The notes under the pieces were generated by a model that saw only the letters and a program-made list of their open reading frames with translations, ran no database searches and had not been told where the DNA came from. A stretch of DNA of 64,000 nt from Octopus sinensis. Its lineage: Eukaryota. The position numbers and the translations under genes were made by a program. Below are positions 58,036-64,000 of the stretch, in pieces; the first letter of the stretch is position 1, and every line of letters starts with the position of its first letter. The stretch covers positions 40,052,001-40,116,000 of the forward strand of contig NC_043014.1 in the NCBI RefSeq assembly GCF_006345805.1. The letters run 5' to 3'.

Positions 58036-58529
58036 TATCTCTTGATTCTTTCCCAGTAGCTACATTCTGCATAGAGGCTATCTTCTTCGTGTATTTTATT
58101 TTATTTTTAATACTTACCTCAAGAAACACGTGTAGCAGAGAAATTTAGAAATGAGTAGTAGGTATTAAAATAAAATTCTTTTATATGGTGTTATGATGGG
58201 GATTGCTATCTCTAAATAACATAAATATATATATATATCTATATATTATATATATATATAATATACACAGAAAGTTATTATATGGCCGGTCATAGAGTGA
58301 CCAATGGTTCTGCATCCATAAAGTGCTTAGCCTTATTGATGACTTGTCAGACTCCAATGGCTACAGGGGAATCTGATGAGTTGTCTATAAGGCTAAATGC
58401 TTTATAGGTGCAGAACTATAGGTCACAGTAGACTGACTATACATTTAACTTCCTGTAAATACATCACTGCTCTAAAGTTTAGAGTGTGCTTCTTTTTCGG
58501 ATATATGATCCACTGTTATTCCATATATA

Positions 58530-58817
58530 TATATTAAATTAGAGATAAAACCACTATTAGGCAAATCAAACAGTGAACATCATAAACCAATACATAGATA
58601 TAAAAAATATATAAAATATAAAATTCAAAATTTAAAAATTTATAAGTATAAATTATTAATTTAAATAATTTTTTAAATTTTAACTTTAATTTATATTTTT
58701 AAAATTTTGAATTTTATATTTTACATATTTTTTATTAATTAATTATATTTCTATGTATTGGTTTATGATTTTCACTGTTTGATTTGCCTAATAGTGTTTT
58801 ATCTCTAATTTAATATA
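58530..58817. repeat. AT-rich foldback element, about 290 bp
   Basis: attaaattagagataaaaccactattaggcaaatcaaacagtgaa... is the inverse of ...ttcactgtttgatttgcctaatagtgttttatctctaatttaat; inner AT tracts also inverted. Confidence 0.88.
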
Positions 58818-58904
58818 ATATATTTATACTATAAAATTAGATTTAATCCTAAATCTAATTTTTCCCTGTAAGTTTGGATTTACTCCCTAATATTATTATT
58901 ATTA

Positions 58905-58970
<66 letters not shown>

Positions 58971-59668
58971 TATATATGTATATATGTATATATATGTATA
59001 TATGTATATATATTGTGACACTCAGTCGGTTATGATGACGAGGGTTCCAGTTGATCCAATCAGTGGAACAGCTTGCTCATGAAATTAACGAGCAAGTGGC
59101 TGAGCACTCCACAGACACATGTACCCTTAACGTAGTTCTCAAGGAGATTCGGCATAACACAGAGTGTGACAAGGCTGGCCCTTTGGAATAAAAGTACAAC
59201 AGAAACAGGAAGAAAGAGTGAGAGACTTGTGGTCTGGGATTTGAACTCACAACTTTGCGATCGTAAGCTCGACGCTCTAACCACTCACCCATGCACCTTC
59301 ACCATACATACATACACACACACACATGCATACACATACATATATATATGTGTGTATATATTTATATATATGTGTATATATATATGTGTGTATATATATG
59401 TGTGTGTGTGTATACGCATATATATACTCATAATTATATACATATACATATATATATACTCATATATACATATATATATACACACATTTATATATACATG
59501 TGTATATATACACATATATATATACATATACATATATACACATATATATACATATATATACACACATATATATATATAAATATATACACACACACATATA
59601 TATATATACATATATATATATGTGTGTGTGTATGTATATATACATATATATAGTGGTTTTATCTCTAA

Positions 59669-59713
<45 letters not shown>

Positions 59714-61965
59714 AACATATCATAGGAACTGCCAATCTTCATTCATATCACTAGGAGTTAAATTTTTAAATTTCATAATGGATAAGTGAATTGTTTTGAC
59801 ATGCCTAATTTCTTTTGATTGGGTTCATGCTTTTTTACACTACTCCAAATGTACTTTTTGCTGGCACAGTAGAGATTGTCTTTCTAGCAATAACAAAGTC
59901 ACTAACAAAAAATGATGTTTCAATGGTTTCTTTTTTCAATCGGCTTTGGTTATTCCAACTTTGTTTTTATAGGTAAGTTAGTGTGAACGTTTTTAATGCA
60001 TGGATAATTAAAACAGCTAACTGTAAATAAATGTACGTTACACTGTGTAGCATGATTTTGGACCTTGGGTAGTAAATGTTATTTCCTATTTGCTCATCCA
60101 TAAAAAGTATGAAAATTGGCTAATATTTCCTTCAAAGTTTGCTTTTGTTGCATTTATTCAAATCTCAAAGAGTCCTTTTCAACATATCGCTATGATGCTT
60201 TTCCACTACTGCTGCTCATGATCAGAAATGCACATATTGTCAGCCACTAAGGGATATGCTCATCATCACCATCATCGTTTAACGTCCGTTTTCCATGCTA
60301 GCATGGGTTGGACGGTTCAACTGGGGTCTGGGAAGCCAGAAGGCTTCGCCAGGCCCAGTCTGATCTGGCAGTGTTTCTACAGCTGGATGCCCTTCCTAAC
60401 GCCAACCACTCCGAGAGTTTAGTGGGTGCTTTTTATGTGCCACCTGCACAGGTGCCAGACGAGGCTGGCAAACAGCCACGATCAGATGGTGCTTTTTACG
60501 TGCCACCGTCATGGGGGCCAGACGACGCTGGCAACGGCCACAATCGGATGGTGCTTTTTACGTGCCACCAGCATGGAGGACAGTCGGGGCAGCACTGGCA
60601 ACGGCCACATTCGGTTGGCTCAAGTGGTTAAAATCAAGTAACTGGCAAGGAAATCTGTGGTGTTGAGCAGAAAATTTCCTATGACAATTGTTCTGTTTTA
60701 GCAACTCAGCACTGAATCTGAAATGTAATGGAAAATAAGTCAGTTTCAAAACATTGATGTCCAGGTCACAAAAGCAAAGTCTGAAGGGGATAGTAGTCAT
60801 TTCCTTCGATATCTAGATAAAAGCAAATAAGAAATAACATTTACTGATCAAAGACAAAAATAAAAAAAAAATAATTGTTACATAGTGCTATTAGCCAAGG
60901 ATTAATATTATTTTCGCTTTCCAGCAAGCATTGGAGACAACCCTAACACATTTTCAGTCTTATTCTACCCTTTTCAGCAAAGCATAGCCTTCACCATACT
61001 TGCCAAAGTAGTGATAAAATAATCACTATGTAAATGTACAAAATTATTTATTTGTGTTGTCTTAGAAAAAACAAAATAAACAAAAACAAACCAGTTAATG
61101 TTTAAAAATAGATTAAAATTGAAAATGTCTAGATTTGTTTTCCATATTTGCTAGAAACATTTAAACAATCATTGGCTATTGTCACTGTATTTTTGTTTCT
61201 AGTTTGCTTTTCAACGTTTCTTGCATTAAACATGTTAACTTTAACTTACACATTGTTTTTTAAAACATATGTTGTCCTTGAATTATTAAAAAAATTTTTT
61301 TTTTATTATTGGCATCTTAAAAATTGAGATGAATTTAAAAAAAAAACCATGAAAAAAACCATCATCACTCTCCTCAGATTCTACTTTAGGCTTCCTACTT
61401 TCATTTTCTCAAACATCGGATACTATTTCACGCTGCCCTCTTTAATTTGTGTCAAGAACAACAGCTATACATATATGAGGTTGAATTTCCATATCAAACA
61501 GAAAAAAAAAAAAAAAATATTGTAAATACGAATGAAAGAAGGGTTCTTATGTTGTAATTCAGGTCTTGAAAATTATTGATGATTATAATAAAAGTATTTT
61601 CAAAGTTGTAATTTTGTGGATTTTTTTCTTTCCTTCTTCTGTTTGTTTGTCTATTTGTCCTTTTTTTACTTATTCATTCTGTCTGTTTCATTTGTTTTAA
61701 TTTTTAGTTTCGTTTTAATTTGCCTAAAGCCAGCTGGAGACGATGATCTCCTGGGGCTAAAAGCTACAGTAACACCCACCCTTAATGGTTAGCCATATTG
61801 AGATGGCTAGTATACTTTACATTGTTGAGCAGTTACTGTTTACATCTCATTCAGAGATTTATTATTGCTTGCAGACAGTTTTTCAAAATCAGTGACAGAA
61901 GTTACTGGAAAAACAATAAATAAGTATTTGCAAACGGTCTCCCTTCATCGAAAACCGGTCATTGC

Positions 61966-62010
61966 CGTACGCCGAAGACAGGCAAATACCTAGAAACTGC
62001 AGTCTGTGCG
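61966..62010 (+). ncRNA. Minimal type-I hammerhead-ribozyme-like motif (Penelope-type)
   Basis: CGUACG CCGAAGA C AGG-CAAAUA-CCU A GAAA C-UGCA-GUC UGUGCG: 6-bp stem I, 3-bp stem II, palindromic stem III, GUC triplet; U4 is C. Confidence 0.6.
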
Positions 62011-64000
62011 TATCACTTAGGTTGACGAGAGAGGAATGACCTCCCTTTGCAAATACCATAAGTGCACAGAAAGTGTGCCTAAAGCCAGCTGGAGACGATG
62101 GTTAGCCATATTGAGATGTCTAGTATACTATACTTTTTATTCTTTCTGCAGAAAAAAATTTTGGTTGCAGTTAGTCTTTTACTTGTTTCAGCCATTTGAC
62201 TGTGGCCATGCTGGAGCACCGCCTTTAGTCGAGCAAATTGACCCCTGGTCTTATTCTTTGAAAGCCTAGTACTTATTCTATCCGTCTCTTTTGCTTAACC
62301 ACTAAGTCACTGGGACATAAACACACCAGCGTCGGTTGTCAAGTATTGTTGGGGGGGGGCAAACACAGACATACAAACATATACACACAAGTACATATAC
62401 ATATATATACAACAGGCTTCTTTCAGTTTCCGTCTACCAATCCACTCAGGGCTTTGGTTGGCCCGAGGCTATAGTAGAAGACACTTGCCCAAGGTGCCAT
62501 GCAGTGGGACTGAACCCGGAACCATATGGTTGGTAAGCAAGCTACTTACCACACAGCCATTCCTACGCCTAGGAGTTAGAGGAATAATTCTGACTAACTA
62601 TACAGACAAAAACAAAAAACAAACCCTATTATTTTCCTCTTCAGTGTATAAACACAGGGATAATTGCATTAAAAAAAGTTGATACCAAAGCATTAAATGT
62701 TTTCCCCCCATCTCTAACCATTTGTTGTTCTCCTCTCACTCTCTTGCAAACTTACCCACTCACCCTTCCTGACCTTTTTGTGCCTATTCTCTCTCCTGCT
62801 CACCTTGCACCTTGAGGGTATCCCCTGATACTTTGTCATTACCATCTTTGTCCCTGTTTCCGCTGATCCCATCCTTATATTATGCAGCATAACCGTACAT
62901 CTCCTCTTCAGCAAGAAACCCGTTCCTGTCCCTCTATCATATATTGGTTTCAAATTTTGGTACAAGGTCACCAATTTAAGGAGAAGGGGTTACATCGATT
63001 ACATCAACCCCAGTGCTCAACTGGTACTTATCTTATTGCCCCTGAAAGGATGAAAAGTAAAGTCAACTTCAGTGGAATTTGAACTCAGAACATAAAGCTG
63101 GGCTAAATACCTATTTCTTTATTACCCACAAGGGGCTACACACAGAGAGGACAAACAAGGACAGACAAATGGATTAAGTTGATTATATCGACCCCAGTGC
63201 GTAACTGGTACTTATTTAATTGACCCCGAAAGGATGAAAGGCAAAGTCAACCTCAGCGGAATTTGAACTCAGAACGTAGCAGCAGACAAAATATGGCCAC
63301 GCTTTTCGCCCGGCGTACTAACGTTTCTGCCAGTTCACCACCTGGGCTAAATATATCGCAAAGCATTTTACCTGATGTGCTAGCAATTCTGCCAGTTTGC
63401 CACCTTAATAATAATCTTTTCTACTAAAGGCACAAGGCCTGAAATTTGTGGGGAGGTGACTAGTTAATTACATTGACCCCCACTGTTTCACTGGTACTTA
63501 ATTTGTTGTAATATGACCTCAAAAAAATGAAAGGCAAAGTCGACCCTGGCGGAATTTGAACTCAAAATGTAAAGACAGACAAAATGCCATGAAGCGTTTT
63601 GCCCGGCATGCTAACGATTTTTTGTTGTGCCATTCAGAAAGTACTGTTGGGTTGCAGTTTGCTTATAGCTGATCTATAATAATGAAATTATTGTATACAG
63701 TGCTCAGGTGCACCACAACTTGTCAGAAAGTGCGTATAGAGTATATGCAGTAATGTACAAATGTCTGGAGAGCGAATAATGTATGAGTCAGATACATGCT
63801 TGTGTGTGTATGGAGGGGAGAAAATCAGGTGTATTGTTAGCGAATCTCAGGAAGCATGAAAGTTTTGAAGGATGCAGTACTCCGACAACTAACAACTGAT
63901 GCCGGCAGTTTGTTCCACGCTTCAGCAACTCTCAGCGTGAAAAAATGTTTCCTAAAGTCATGGGAGCTGTGCTGTTTTCTGACTTTGTAAATATGTCCAT

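Noticed and set aside
58365-58430. Hammerhead-like CTGATGAG...GAAC TATA GGTC
   Set aside because: GAAA is incomplete and there is no stem I pairing; CTGATGA hits at about 3758, 14750, 18328, 34245 and 38173 likewise lack the rest of the fold.
54179-59754. Many YIYI/MYVC-type ORFs
   Set aside because: Translations of (TA)n and (TG)n microsatellites.
62714-62974. 86-aa minus-strand ORF
   Set aside because: Purine-rich; at most a decayed LINE fragment; no recognisable motif I can support.
50757-64000. A second protein-coding gene downstream of SIDT
   Set aside because: No chain of in-phase exons or recognisable non-TE protein motif on either strand; isolated small exons of a neighbouring gene cannot be excluded by eye.

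Overview
AT-rich, repeat-dense eukaryotic DNA. The SINE, MITE and microsatellite make-up suggests a coleoid cephalopod, probably Octopus (inference). One protein-coding gene spans the window on the + strand: a SID-1 transmembrane family (SIDT1/SIDT2/CHUP-1-like) gene. I assembled 23 GT-AG exons by hand (1283..50756, 2277 nt, 758 aa plus stop, all junctions in phase); the 5' exon(s) lie upstream of the window. The Zn-site motifs SACYH and HDIWH are intact. Introns and the 3' flank hold tRNA-derived SINEs, CR1 and RTE LINE ends, internally deleted mariner elements, TTAA (piggyBac-type) MITEs, a non-autonomous Helitron, foldback elements, a 54-bp minisatellite and long microsatellites. Most ORFs in the supplied track are repeat artefacts. 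Most notable: (i) several minimal hammerhead-ribozyme-like motifs of the Penelope type; (ii) a SINE whose target-site duplications repeatedly start with its own 3' junction motif GGTA(T/C)TT, giving self-nesting; (iii) a 768-bp SINE-mediated tandem duplication with a chimeric SINE; (iv) several independent foldback inversions; (v) a decayed partial duplicate of one SIDT exon. All coordinates and alignments were read by eye; no database searches were run.
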